From the NCBI RefSeq assembly GCF_004765795.1, contig NZ_SBIV01000001.1, positions 620,001 through 684,000 of the forward strand: a stretch of 64,000 nt of DNA. The letters are read 5' to 3'. The notes under the pieces were generated by a model. That model searched no databases, had not been told where the DNA came from, and saw nothing but the letters and a program-made list of their open reading frames with translations. This DNA is from Halorussus marinus. Lineage in GTDB: Archaea > Halobacteriota > Halobacteria > Halobacteriales > Haladaptataceae. How positions within the stretch are numbered: position 1 is the stretch's first letter; every line of letters begins with the position of its first letter. Shown here piece after piece: positions 9,461 to 20,987 of the stretch. The translations under genes and the position numbers were made by a program.

Positions 9461-9524
9461 CGTCGAAGGGGCAATAAGTGGCATCTAGGGAAGCTTAAGG
9501 TGCTCGCTCTCTGACTAGGGGCGT

Positions 9525-10553
9525 ATGGAGACGCGGAAGGTCCAACGGCTCGGCCCCTCGACGCTGGCGATGACGCTCCCGGCGGAGTGGGCCTCGGAGA
9601 ACAGCGTGGAGAAAGGCGACGAGGTGTCGCTCCGGATGGGCGGCAAGGGGACCCTGACGGTCCTGCCGGAGTCGGCCCACACCGAAGAGTCCGAAGCGGT
9701 CATTCACGCGGAGAACCTCGACGCGGACGCGGTCGAGCGCGCCATCGTCGCCCAGTACGTACTCGGACGGCGGGTGATCCACGTCGAGAGCGAGGACACC
9801 CTCGAGAGTGCACACATCAACGCGGTGTACAAGGCCGAGACCCAGCTCATGGGACTGGGCGTGGTCGAAGAGACTCCCGACAGCATCGCCATCCGGTGTT
9901 CGGTCGACCCCGAGGACTTCAACCTCGACAACCTGCTCGAACGCCTCGAGAACACGGGCTCGACGATGCGCGGAGAGGCGGTCAAGGCGCTCGCCCACGG
10001 CAACCCTGATCTGGCCCAGCGGGCGCTCAACCGCGAGCGCCAGGCGAACAAGATCTTCGTGCTGTTGCTCCGGCTGATCTTCACCGCCTACCAGAACCCG
10101 GTGTTGGCTCGGGCGGTCGACCTCGACACCGGCTTCCCGCTCATCGGCTATCGCTCGATCGCGAAGAACCTCGAACTCACCGCGGACAACGCCGAGGACA
10201 TCGCGGAGATCGTCCTCGAATCCGACAGTCACACCCTCGACGTCGACGGCCAGACGATGCGGCGCATCCGGGAGTTCACCGATCAGGTCGACGAGATCAC
10301 CGCGCTCGCGGTCGAAGCCGCGGTCGAGCGCGACTACGACAAGACCCGTGAGGTCGGCGCGCTGTTCCACGAGATCGGCGACCGGGAGTCCGACATCCTC
10401 TCGGATCTGCCCGAGATGGACAACGACTCGCTGCTGGCGGTCCGGGAGGTGCTGGTCAGCCTCCAACAGACCGCCCAGTACGCCGTTCGGAACGCCGAGA
10501 TCGCCGCGAACCTCGCGCTGAACGAGGAGAGCGAGCACACGACGATCAACTGA
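9525..10553 (+). CDS. phoU: AbrB-domain plus PhoU-domain phosphate uptake regulator
   Basis: METRKVQRLG...TLPAEW AbrB/MazE N-terminus followed by two PhoU helical repeats. Confidence 0.85.
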   Translation: METRKVQRLGPSTLAMTLPAEWASENSVEKGDEVSLRMGGKGTLTVLPESAHTEESEAVIHAENLDADAVERAIVAQYVLGRRVIHVESEDTLESAHINAVYKAETQLMGLGVVEETPDSIAIRCSVDPEDFNLDNLLERLENTGSTMRGEAVKALAHGNPDLAQRALNRERQANKIFVLLLRLIFTAYQNPVLARAVDLDTGFPLIGYRSIAKNLELTADNAEDIAEIVLESDSHTLDVDGQTMRRIREFTDQVDEITALAVEAAVERDYDKTREVGALFHEIGDRESDILSDLPEMDNDSLLAVREVLVSLQQTAQYAVRNAEIAANLALNEESEHTTIN

Positions 10554-10645
10554 GCCGCCGTCCGGTCCGGTGGGCGATCGCCGACGCCGATCGCGGCTCT
10601 CTGCGTTCCCGCAGATTTTTACGCGCTTGGTTCGACCGTTGGTCA

Positions 10646-12154
10646 ATGACAGACGCGACGGGCAGTACCGTGTTAGACAGAGCGCTGAACGGCGGGCTTC
10701 CCGAGGGGCGGACGGTGCTGGTCACCGGCGGCCCGGGAACGGGCAAATCGACGCTGGGAATGCAGTTCCTGCAGGCCGGCCTCGAGGCGGGCGAGCGCTG
10801 CCTGTTCGTCAGTACCGAACAGACCGACGAGGAAGTGCGGGCGTCGTTCGAGTCGTTCGCGTTCGATCTCGACCACCCCGACCTCACGCTCACGTCGCTC
10901 CACGCCCGGTCGGGCGAGACGCTCGAAGACGACGAGGAGGTGTTGACCCTCCAGACGCTCGACGGCGGGCCAACGCTCGACGACAACTACGCGGCGCCGT
11001 TCGAACCCCAGTACATCGTCGAAGAGCTCTCGTCGTACGGACCGGTCGACCGCGTGGTGCTCGACAGCGTCTCGGGGCTGTCGGCGATGGGCGAGGACTA
11101 CGACACCTACCGCCGGGCGGTGTTCGACCTCGTCAGGCTGTTCAACGACGAGTTCGGCGCGACCGCCATGCTGACCGCAGAGCAGAGCGAGGCCACCGGC
11201 TCGGTCGAGGGCACCCAGTCGGTCGCGGCGTCCGACGCGATCCAGTTTAACACCCACGGCGTGATCCGACTGTGGCGCGAGAACGTCGAGGGCGACTACC
11301 ACCGGTTCGTGGAGGTGATGAAGATGCGCGGGGTCGATCACGACACGCGGGTCTTCGAACTGGGCTTCGACGACGCGGGGCTCCGGACCTACCCGCGGAT
11401 GCGGACCCACCCCGGCGAGTTCCGGCCCGACGAGTACTTCGAGACGGGGATCGAGGGCCTCGACGCGCTCATGGGCGGGGGCGTCGCGCTCGGGGGGAGT
11501 CTCCTGTTGCAACACGACGGTCAGGCCAGCCCTCACTCCGTGCTGACGAACCTGATCGCCCGGGCGATCGAGGCGGACATGTCGATCCTGATCGTCCCGC
11601 CGGTCGAACTCCCCCCCAAGCGGCTCCGGTCGATCATCGACGAACGGGTCGGGTACATGGACGACCTGCTGAACGACGACCGGCTCTTTCTGCTCGACTA
11701 CACCAACATCTGGGAGAACACCAGACGCAACGTGTTCAAGCCGGTCGCCCACGACGACGAGACCACCGAGAGCGTCTTCCGGACGGTCCAGGATCGGTCG
11801 GCCGACCGGCCGGTGTTGAGCCTCGTCAACATCGAGGCACAGCTCCCGGTCCTCGACGAGGACGAGCTCCGTCGAGTCCGCTTCTGGGAGGAGGAGAACT
11901 TCTACCGACCCGGCGACACCTCGGTGTACTTCTTCAATCCGAAGACGGTCGGCGAGGAGCTGTCGATGTTCTACAAGAACGGCGCGTGGCAGGTCCTGCG
12001 GACCTGGATCGACGCCACCGGGCTCCAGTACGTCAAGCTCGAAAAGTCCCCGAGCGGCTACATGGGCTCGACGCGGCTCGTCGAGTACACCGACGACGAG
12101 CCGTACATGACCGTTCAGTCGCCGCCCCGTCCCGCCGACGGGGGTGGCCGCTGA
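10646..12154 (+). CDS. KaiC/RAD55-like ATPase with two RecA domains (second degenerate)
   Basis: Walker A GGPGTGKS, Walker B VVLDS, VMKMRG; second domain starts TGIEGLDALMGGG but P-loop reads QHDGQASP. Confidence 0.85.
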   Translation: MTDATGSTVLDRALNGGLPEGRTVLVTGGPGTGKSTLGMQFLQAGLEAGERCLFVSTEQTDEEVRASFESFAFDLDHPDLTLTSLHARSGETLEDDEEVLTLQTLDGGPTLDDNYAAPFEPQYIVEELSSYGPVDRVVLDSVSGLSAMGEDYDTYRRAVFDLVRLFNDEFGATAMLTAEQSEATGSVEGTQSVAASDAIQFNTHGVIRLWRENVEGDYHRFVEVMKMRGVDHDTRVFELGFDDAGLRTYPRMRTHPGEFRPDEYFETGIEGLDALMGGGVALGGSLLLQHDGQASPHSVLTNLIARAIEADMSILIVPPVELPPKRLRSIIDERVGYMDDLLNDDRLFLLDYTNIWENTRRNVFKPVAHDDETTESVFRTVQDRSADRPVLSLVNIEAQLPVLDEDELRRVRFWEEENFYRPGDTSVYFFNPKTVGEELSMFYKNGAWQVLRTWIDATGLQYVKLEKSPSGYMGSTRLVEYTDDEPYMTVQSPPRPADGGGR

Positions 12155-12729
12155 TGGCCGACGCCCCCGACGGCGCGGTCGGTCCGGGGACGAATCACCT
12201 CGTTCTGAGCGATCGGATGAACCCCGAGCGCGTGCGGTTGTGCTACCGTCTGCTGACGGCGCCTTCGGTCGACCCCTCCGAGATCAACGTGATTCAGGTC
12301 TCGTACACGAAGTCGGCCGAGGACATCGTCGCCGAGTGGCGAGAGCACGTCGGGACCCTTCCGGCGAACCTCTACGTCGTCGCGACCCAGAGCAGTCGGG
12401 GGCTCAACGACGAGTCGCCGGTCGAGGAGAACGTGACGGTCGTGACCGCCCATCCCAACGATCTGACGGGGCTCGCGATGCGACTGCGAGACATCGTCAA
12501 AGAGGGGCTGTCGGACGACCGGCCGCTCACCGTGGGGTTCGACTCGCTCACGCCGTTGCTCGAGTACAACGACGTCCAGTCGACCTACAAGTTCCTGCAC
12601 ATGTTCACCGGGCGGCTCGCCGAGGTGAACGCCGTCACTCACTTCCACCTCGATCCGAACGCGTTCGAGGACAAGACGGTCCACAAGCTCAAGACGCTGG
12701 TCGACCAGATTCACTCCCTCGAAGAGTAA
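12154..12729 (+). CDS. Inactive KaiC-like (DUF835/DUF7504-type) protein
   Basis: PNDLTGL...VGFDSLTPLL...YKFLHMFTGRL...HFHLDP; TGATG coupling to the KaiC-like gene. Confidence 0.75.
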   Translation: MADAPDGAVGPGTNHLVLSDRMNPERVRLCYRLLTAPSVDPSEINVIQVSYTKSAEDIVAEWREHVGTLPANLYVVATQSSRGLNDESPVEENVTVVTAHPNDLTGLAMRLRDIVKEGLSDDRPLTVGFDSLTPLLEYNDVQSTYKFLHMFTGRLAEVNAVTHFHLDPNAFEDKTVHKLKTLVDQIHSLEE

Positions 12730-12757
12730 GTCCGGCCCGTCGTCGGGCCGCGGTCGG

Positions 12758-13246
12758 TCAGTCCGCGCTCGCGAGCTCGCCGTCCTCGCTCGCCGCCGCC
12801 TCGGTGGTCTTCTCTGCGGTCAGCGGGTTCCGTCGGGTGATTCCGCAGTCGAACGCGGGGTGCTCGGCGAAGTGACGCACCAGCATGTGGCGCCGCGAGC
12901 CCGTGATCCCGGTCCGGCCGACGTGGTCGGCGGTGAACTCCGCGGGGAGCCGGTCGAACATCCGGCGCAACGCGCCGAAGCTCTCGAACACCTTGGAGTT
13001 GCCCGCCGAGTCGGCGCCCCGCCGGGACACCTCGTAGGTGCCGTCCTCGCGGTGGACGCCCGCGGTCCGGAAGAACTCCCGGCGCTCGGTCAGCGCGGAC
13101 CCGACCGCCTCCTGCAGGTCCGCGGCCTCGTCTCTACTCAGTTCGTAGTCGTCACCGTCGACCGCCAGAACTATCGATTCACCGTCTCGTCGTACCGTTA
13201 CGTCGTTCTCATCGACCGAGAAGAACTCGATCAGGAGCCTGAACAC
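12758..13246 (-). CDS. Conserved haloarchaeal hypothetical protein (start uncertain)
   Basis: EFFRTAG...RRGADSAGNSKVF...TGSRRHMLVRHFAEHPAFDC...RRNPLT; acidic composition. Confidence 0.75.
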   Translation of the reverse strand: MFRLLIEFFSVDENDVTVRRDGESIVLAVDGDDYELSRDEAADLQEAVGSALTERREFFRTAGVHREDGTYEVSRRGADSAGNSKVFESFGALRRMFDRLPAEFTADHVGRTGITGSRRHMLVRHFAEHPAFDCGITRRNPLTAEKTTEAAASEDGELASAD

Positions 13247-13518
13247 TCCGGGTCATGTACTCGTATCTCTTACCTCGGGCATTAAAGTTCTACCGGCGAG
13301 CGCAAAGGTTACGCCGACGCGTCCGTCCTCGCGGGGTTCGACGGCTCGCAAGCCCGTGTGGTGGCGAGCGCAGACTTCGACGGGCGGGGCTCGGAGTACT
13401 CCGGGCATACCGTCGAGTAACGGTGGGTTGGGGCTACGCCGTCGCGGGCGAGGCCGGCGACGCGAGGTCTGGGCGGCGAGTAGAATGAACTAAGTTGGGG
13501 CCGGCGAAAGCACTCGGC

Positions 13519-13707
13519 ATGGCCGAACACGAGACGGTTTCGACCGACAAAGGTATCGGACTCGCCACGCTGTTCACGCTGTTGGCCGTCGTCGCCGCCG
13601 GGGCGATGCTCCTCACGCCGGGGAGCCAACTCGCCGCGTGGGGGTTCGCGGGTGCGATGATCGGCGGCGTACTCGCAGTCGCGGCCGTCCACCTCTTCTG
13701 GCGGTAA
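13519..13707 (+). CDS. Small two-TM membrane protein
   Basis: MAEHETVSTDKGIGL...AAWGFAGAM...AVHLF. Confidence 0.8.
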   Translation: MAEHETVSTDKGIGLATLFTLLAVVAAGAMLLTPGSQLAAWGFAGAMIGGVLAVAAVHLFWR

Positions 13708-13776
13708 CCGGGTCGGGCACGTTTCTCGCCGGGCGGGAAATCGTTAAGGGTGCGAGCGCCCTATAGGGCGGTGAGG

Positions 13777-14001
13777 ATGACTGACTACACCGACGAGGAA
13801 CGGCGCATTATCGCGTACCTCAGCGAGAGCGTCTCGCGCGGAGAGCGATACTTCCGCGCGAAGAACATCGCCGAGCAGCTTGGTCTGTCGTCCAAACAGG
13901 TCGGTGTTCGACTCCCGCGGCTCGCCGAGAAGACCGAGGAGGTCGACATCGAGAAGTGGGGGCGTGCGCGCTCGACGACGTGGAAGGTAACGCCGAGTTA
14001 G
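13777..14001 (+). CDS. Small winged-HTH DNA-binding protein
   Basis: YFRAKNIAEQLGLSSKQVG...IEKWGRARSTTW. Confidence 0.85.
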   Translation: MTDYTDEERRIIAYLSESVSRGERYFRAKNIAEQLGLSSKQVGVRLPRLAEKTEEVDIEKWGRARSTTWKVTPS

Positions 14002-14039
14002 TCCGGCGGCTTTTTGGCGGCGTGGCCCCAAGGCCCGAT

Positions 14040-14462
14040 ATGACAGTCCGGGTGGAGCGGACGTTCGAGCTCGACGTACCGCCGGAAGACGTGTGGGAAT
14101 TCATCTCCGACCCGGAGCGACGGGCAAGCGTCATCAGCGTCGTCAAAGATTACGAGCGGACGGGCGAACACTCCTCGATCTGGCACATCTCGGTCCCGAT
14201 TCCCTTTCTGGACGCGACCGTGGAGGTCGAGACCGAAGACGTCGAACGCGACCCGCCGACCCACGTCAAGTTCGTCGGCAAATCCTCGGCGCTCCGAGTG
14301 ACCGGCGAACACGAGATACAGGAGACCGAGACCGGGAGCCGGCTCGTGAACCAGTTCGTCGTCGAGGGCAGGGTCCCCGGCATCGAGGGTTACTTCAAGA
14401 AGAACCTCGACGACGAACTCGACAACCTCGAAGACGCCCTCAGCGAGGAGGCGACCGCGTGA
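14040..14462 (+). CDS. SRPBCC/CoxG family protein
   Basis: MTVRVERTFEL...PEDVWEFISDP START-like pattern. Confidence 0.85.
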   Translation: MTVRVERTFELDVPPEDVWEFISDPERRASVISVVKDYERTGEHSSIWHISVPIPFLDATVEVETEDVERDPPTHVKFVGKSSALRVTGEHEIQETETGSRLVNQFVVEGRVPGIEGYFKKNLDDELDNLEDALSEEATA

Positions 14463-15262
14463 GGCTGGCGCTGGCCCAGCTCGACATCGAGTCGGGCGCG
14501 GTCGAGCGCAACCGACGGCGGGCGCTCGACGCCGTCGGCGCGGCCGCCGACCGGGGCGCTGATCTCGTGGCGTTGCCCGAGATCTTCAACGTCGGCTACT
14601 TCGCGTTCGACGCCTACGCCCGGGCCGCCGAACCCCTCGACGGGCCGACCCTCTCGGCGATCGCCGACGCCGCCGCCGACCGCGACGTCGCGGTGCTGGC
14701 CGGGAGCATCGTCGAGGACCTCGCCGAGACGGAGGGCGTCCAGACGCCGGCCGACGAGGGGCTGGCCAACACCTCGGTGCTGTTCGATCGGGACGGGATC
14801 CGGCGGGCGGTGTACCGCAAGCACCACCTCTTTGGCTACGAGTCCGCCGAGGCCGAACTGCTGGTCCCGGGCGAGTCCCTCGGCGTCGCGAGCCTCGACG
14901 GCGCGACCGTCGGGATGACTACGTGCTACGATCTGCGGTTTCCGGAGCTGTACCGCGAACTCGCCGAGCGCGGCGCCGACCTGATCGTGGTGCCGAGCGC
15001 GTGGCCGTACCCCCGGGTCGAACACTGGAAGCTCCTCCCGCGGGCCCGCGCGGTCGAGAACCAACTGTTCGTCGCGGCCGTCAACGGCTCGGGGTCGGAC
15101 GACGACGCCACGTTGCTCGGACGGTCGACGGTGTTCGACCCGTGGGGGACCGCGCTCGCGAGCACGGGCGACGAGCCCGACCTCGTGGTGACGGACGTCG
15201 ACCTCGACCGGGTGGGTCGGGTCCGCGAGGAGTTCCCGGCGTGGCACGATCGGCGGCGCTGA
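14459..15262 (+). CDS. Carbon-nitrogen hydrolase (nitrilase family)
   Basis: GTG start overlapping upstream stop; LPE, YRKHHLF and TCYDLRFPE catalytic-triad motifs. Confidence 0.92.
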   Translation: MRLALAQLDIESGAVERNRRRALDAVGAAADRGADLVALPEIFNVGYFAFDAYARAAEPLDGPTLSAIADAAADRDVAVLAGSIVEDLAETEGVQTPADEGLANTSVLFDRDGIRRAVYRKHHLFGYESAEAELLVPGESLGVASLDGATVGMTTCYDLRFPELYRELAERGADLIVVPSAWPYPRVEHWKLLPRARAVENQLFVAAVNGSGSDDDATLLGRSTVFDPWGTALASTGDEPDLVVTDVDLDRVGRVREEFPAWHDRRR

Positions 15263-15320
15263 CAGCTCACTCAGCGTACGAAAACGCCTATCCTCGTCGT
15301 CGCTGTACGACAGGCCCGTA

Positions 15321-15917
15321 ATGGGGGGATCTGATCCGGAACGGACGCGGGGGGTATCGCTCGATCGCCGGACGTTCGTGAAACGGAGCGCCGCGGGGTC
15401 GGTGGGCGTCGGTCTCGGCCTCGGATTCGGCTCCCAAGACGAGTCGACGCCCGAGGAGCCGGGCATCCAGACCTACGACTTCGTCGTCCCGGAAGACTCG
15501 GTTCCGGGGACCAGTTACGTCAACAAGTTCCTGTTCGTGACGGCTTCCCGGCGCGAGCGTGAGTCGGTCCCGTTCGCAGGGTGTTTCGAACGAACCGAGG
15601 AGCGAGACGTGGACAACTTCGACGAAGGGGCGTACGTGTGGGACGGCGTCGTGGTCGACGCCACCGACTCGCTCCAACTGTTCGGCGGGGACGATGCTCT
15701 CGAACGGATACGCCGGATGCTCGAAGGCGACGTGGAGTTCCCGGACGCGCTCACCGGAGGGATCGGGAGCGTCACGGAGACGAGGCTTTTCACGCCGGTT
15801 TCGGCCGGCGCTCTCCCGCTCGACGAGGGCTACCGGGTGGTCGGCGGCGAGAACTGTGACGCCGGCTACGTCCGACTCGAAGCTCACGAGCTCGCCGAAG
15901 AAGTGACCGGGAACTGA
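15321..15917 (+). CDS. Tat-exported hypothetical protein
   Basis: LDRRTFVK twin-arginine motif plus G/A-rich h-region; acidic mature part with two Cys. Confidence 0.7.
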   Translation: MGGSDPERTRGVSLDRRTFVKRSAAGSVGVGLGLGFGSQDESTPEEPGIQTYDFVVPEDSVPGTSYVNKFLFVTASRRERESVPFAGCFERTEERDVDNFDEGAYVWDGVVVDATDSLQLFGGDDALERIRRMLEGDVEFPDALTGGIGSVTETRLFTPVSAGALPLDEGYRVVGGENCDAGYVRLEAHELAEEVTGN

Positions 15918-15980
15918 GTCGGTCGGCCGTCGAAACCCGAACGTTAATTACTCTCTGTACAAATATACGACAATAGACAG

Positions 15981-16562
15981 ATGTCTGGGGCGGTAAGTGG
16001 AACCGACTCCGGGACCGTCGACGGTGACCGGAGCACGGCCCGACCCTCGCGGGACGCGATGTTCGACCTGCTCGGAAACGCGCGTCGTCGGCGGACGCTC
16101 CGCCACCTGCTGGACGAGTCGCGCATCCCGATCACCGACCTCAGCGCCCGGATCGCCGCGTGGGAGAACGACACGACCGTCGAGGCGGTCTCTGGACGCC
16201 AGCGCAAGCAGGTGTACTCCTCGCTCTACCAGACCCACGTCCCGCGGCTCGACGACCACGGGCTGGCGCGCTACGACGCCGACGACCGCGTTGTCGAACT
16301 GACCGGCGACGCCGCGTACCTCCGGCGGTTCCTCGACGTGACCGAGCCGGCCCGGCCCCGAGACACCCGCCGGTGGAGCCGGTATTTCTTCCTCACCGCG
16401 GTCGTCGGCAGCGCGGTGATCGCGGGCCACTGGCTGGGGACGACGCCGGCGACCCACCTCGCGACCGAGGACCTCTACGGCCTGCTCACGGTGGCGTTCA
16501 TGATGCTCAGCGTCTCGTTCGTGATGGCGGTCGAGGGCCGGAAGATTCTACAGTCCGAGTGA
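15981..16562 (+). CDS. Haloarchaeal winged-HTH (DUF7344-like) protein with two C-terminal TM helices
   Basis: FDLLGNARRRRTL...IAAWE...VYSSLYQTHVPRLDDHGLARYD; hydrophobic C-terminus. Confidence 0.85.
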   Translation: MSGAVSGTDSGTVDGDRSTARPSRDAMFDLLGNARRRRTLRHLLDESRIPITDLSARIAAWENDTTVEAVSGRQRKQVYSSLYQTHVPRLDDHGLARYDADDRVVELTGDAAYLRRFLDVTEPARPRDTRRWSRYFFLTAVVGSAVIAGHWLGTTPATHLATEDLYGLLTVAFMMLSVSFVMAVEGRKILQSE

Positions 16563-16613
16563 GACCGGTGAGGAGACGGGGCGGTCCGGAGCGATGCGCC
16601 GGCGAACGTCCGC

Positions 16614-17030
16614 TCAGTCGTCCAGTTCTATCGTCCGACAGACGTCCAGAAGCGTCTCGACCGTTTCCGGCGGCCAGGAGTAGCTGATCGCGCCGCTCCG
16701 GTCGTCGTACTCGACGATGCCCGCCTCAGAGAGTTTCGGGAGGTGGACGTGATACAGGTCGGTCTCGATGCGATCGACGCCCTCGCTCGACATCTCGTCG
16801 ACTGACACGCCCGTCTGGCGGGCCGCCAGCTCCCTCGCGAGCCCCGACACCGTCTCCGGATCGCGCTCGGCCAGACAGTAGAGCGCGTCGCGACGGCGCC
16901 GGTGGGCCAGCGCGTTCAGCGTCGCGTCGAGCCGCGAGCGCGTCTCGTCGGACGCCAACCGTTCGGCGAGGTCGAGCGGCGTTTCCGGATCGAATGTGTC
17001 CTCGTCGCGGCCGCGACCGTTGTCAGCCAT
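16614..17030 (-). CDS. Haloarchaeal winged-HTH (DUF7344-like) protein
   Basis: ALAHRRRRDAL...LYHVHLPKLSEAGIVEYD. Confidence 0.85.
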   Translation of the reverse strand: MADNGRGRDEDTFDPETPLDLAERLASDETRSRLDATLNALAHRRRRDALYCLAERDPETVSGLARELAARQTGVSVDEMSSEGVDRIETDLYHVHLPKLSEAGIVEYDDRSGAISYSWPPETVETLLDVCRTIELDD

Positions 17031-17158
17031 TACTGGTCGGGACGTGACGGACGATCATAAATCACCGGAACCGGACAGCCGCCCCGCGTCGGACCGATCG
17101 TCGCGAACAAACGAACGATGGATATTCACCGCTGTAGTCCCGAGTACAGCCAACCAGA

Positions 17159-18397
17159 ATGAACGAGAGGTCCCCGCCTGACCCCGCTCCCCTCGTCGAC
17201 GCGGCTCGCAGGACGTGTCACGACCCCCGGAGCGACCGCCCGGTCACCACAACGGTCATCGAGACCGTCGCGGCGGCGGCCGACGCTGACTCGCTCGAGT
17301 TACCCCCGCTGTACGAGCAGGTCAGTCCGGACGCGCTAAACGAGTTCGTCGCGTCCGCGACCGACGCGTCCGACCGCGCCGGCCACGTCACGGTCGCGTT
17401 CCCGTTTCACGACCGGCTCGTCTCCGTGACCCGAGCGGGTCGGATCGGCGTTTCGAGCCCGGTCGCGCGCGACGCCCGCCGCGAGCGGCTCCGCCCCGAG
17501 CCCACCGTCCGGGACTCGGTCGTCGTCCACCGAGCCGACGACGACGAACGGCTGTCCAAGGGCCTCCTGAGAGCCGTCGCGAGCACGACCGGACTCGAAC
17601 CGGCCGCCGTGACAGACCGATTCGCGGACCTCCTCGGAACCGACGCGATCGACACCCTGTTTCGGCCGAGAGCGAACGACCGCCGCCGGGAGGTCGGTGC
17701 GGTCTGGTTTCCGTTCCGGAAGTACGACGTGACCGTGTTCGCCGATCGGACGATCGAGCTCCGGCCGACGCTGTCGCGGCTCAAGCGCACGGGCGGGAAC
17801 GTGCTGGTCGTCGGGTCGGTCCCCGACGACGTGATCGGCGCCGTGAGCGCGCCGCTTCTCGGGGCCCCCGACCTCGATCGGACGCGGCTGATCGCGCTCC
17901 ACGGGACGACCGTCGAGACCGCCTGCGCGCGCCTGCGGTCGGTCGAGACCACCGGAGCGGACGCACACGTCATCGACTCCCGGGCCAGCGCTCGCTCGGC
18001 GACGGCGGTCGACCCCGACACCGGCGTTCGCGTCTCGGAGGCGGACGGGGGCCTCGACGACCTGGCGACGAGGATCGACGACGCGATCGAGTCGTTCGAG
18101 CGCCAGTCGGAGCTCGACCCCGCCGAACTCCGCTTCTGTCTGGATTCGCTCGGCTCGCTCGCTCGGTCCCACGACTCGGCGGACGTCGCGTCGTTCCTCC
18201 GGTCGGTGATCCGGTCGGTCGATCGGGTCTCGGGGATCGGCCACTACGTCCTCCCGGCCCCGCGGGACGCCGAGGTCGTGCGGACGTTCGAACCGCTGTT
18301 CGACGCGGTCGTCGAGGTGGGCGTTGGCGCCGACGGTCCGATCCAGCGGTGGCATCTCGAAGCCGCGGGCTACACCACCGATTGGTTCCCCGCCTGA
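17159..18397 (+). CDS. Tandem HalOD1 output domains fused to an inactive KaiC-like (DUF7504-type) domain
   Basis: VIETVAAA...LPPLYEQVSPDALNEF; second DAIDTLF...WFPFRKYDVTV; C-terminal GGNVLVVG...LRFCLDSL...GHYVLP...PLFDAVVEV...QRWHL. Confidence 0.75.
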   Translation: MNERSPPDPAPLVDAARRTCHDPRSDRPVTTTVIETVAAAADADSLELPPLYEQVSPDALNEFVASATDASDRAGHVTVAFPFHDRLVSVTRAGRIGVSSPVARDARRERLRPEPTVRDSVVVHRADDDERLSKGLLRAVASTTGLEPAAVTDRFADLLGTDAIDTLFRPRANDRRREVGAVWFPFRKYDVTVFADRTIELRPTLSRLKRTGGNVLVVGSVPDDVIGAVSAPLLGAPDLDRTRLIALHGTTVETACARLRSVETTGADAHVIDSRASARSATAVDPDTGVRVSEADGGLDDLATRIDDAIESFERQSELDPAELRFCLDSLGSLARSHDSADVASFLRSVIRSVDRVSGIGHYVLPAPRDAEVVRTFEPLFDAVVEVGVGADGPIQRWHLEAAGYTTDWFPA

Positions 18398-18544
18398 GGC
18401 CGCCGTCGGTCGGCTCGCGGCCGTCCCACCGGCTCACGAGCGAGACGGCGACCGAACCGCTCGCAGGGTCCACTCGCTTCTCGAAAACCGTCGGAGGCGT
18501 TCGCGTTCGGTCGGCCGAAAAATGCGCGTGATCGTCGCTCGGGA

Positions 18545-20083
<1,539 letters not shown>

Positions 20084-20174
20084 CTCTGGTCGAACGTGGA
20101 ACCGCCATGATAAAAAAGACTCCCTATTCCGGCCGAACGATCCGGAACCCCCCGTCGCGTGGCTCGACCCGGCC

Positions 20175-20987
20175 TCAGCCGGCGCTGTTGGCCTCCGCGA
20201 GCTTCTCGATTTCGGCTTTGACCTCGACCGCGTCGAAGTCGTGGTCGGGGCGGATGTTCACGAAGTCGAGAAACTCCCGAGCCGCGAGCAGTTCGTCGGA
20301 CGAGTAGTGGTCGGTCGCCGCCGCGACCGCGGGGCTCGCGCCGATCAGGGGTTCGAGCGCCGCGAGCGCGCACGCGAGATCGTACGAGCGGGCCTCCGCG
20401 AGCCCGTTCTCGCGGACGTTGGTCGCGTCGATGAAGTACACTTCCTCGTCGCGGACCAACACGTTCTCGCCCCGGAGGTCGCCGTGGGCGAGCCGATGAT
20501 CGTGCATCGCCGCCAGCGCCCCGAACACCTCGGGGGCGAACCGCCGGACAGCATCCGGATTCATCTCGTCGAGCGGCCGGAACTCCGGGAGGTACTCCAT
20601 CACGAGGACGCCCATCCCGTCGACCTCGAACGTCTCGACCGGCGCGGGGACGTTCACCCCGATCTCGCGCATTCGCCGGGTGGCGTCTAGTTCGTGGTCG
20701 GCCATCTCCATCGGGTCGTCGAAGTGCTCGAAGAACCCTTCGGTGCCCGACGAGAACACCCCGAGGTTGCGCGCGCCGGTGAAAAGCGCGTGGACCAGCG
20801 AGTTCTGTTCGGTCACGATCTTCACGAACCACCGGTCGTCGACGACCGCGGGCGTCGAGAGCCAGTTGTCGGCGTCGAGAAACTCGACGCGGACCGTCGG
20901 CTGGTCGTACCGCCGAGCCACCTCCGCGAAGACGGTCTCGAGTCGCTCCCACTCGATGGTTCCCCGAACCAACCGCCGGATGCTCAT
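20175..20987 (-). CDS. RIO1/Kdo-like atypical protein kinase family protein
   Basis: WFVK, LVMEYL, HGDLRGENVL, FIDA kinase motifs. Confidence 0.85.
   Translation of the reverse strand: MSIRRLVRGTIEWERLETVFAEVARRYDQPTVRVEFLDADNWLSTPAVVDDRWFVKIVTEQNSLVHALFTGARNLGVFSSGTEGFFEHFDDPMEMADHELDATRRMREIGVNVPAPVETFEVDGMGVLVMEYLPEFRPLDEMNPDAVRRFAPEVFGALAAMHDHRLAHGDLRGENVLVRDEEVYFIDATNVRENGLAEARSYDLACALAALEPLIGASPAVAAATDHYSSDELLAAREFLDFVNIRPDHDFDAVEVKAEIEKLAEANSAG

Noticed and set aside
10646..12154. Circadian clock
   Set aside because: No kaiA or kaiB, and the second domain is degenerate
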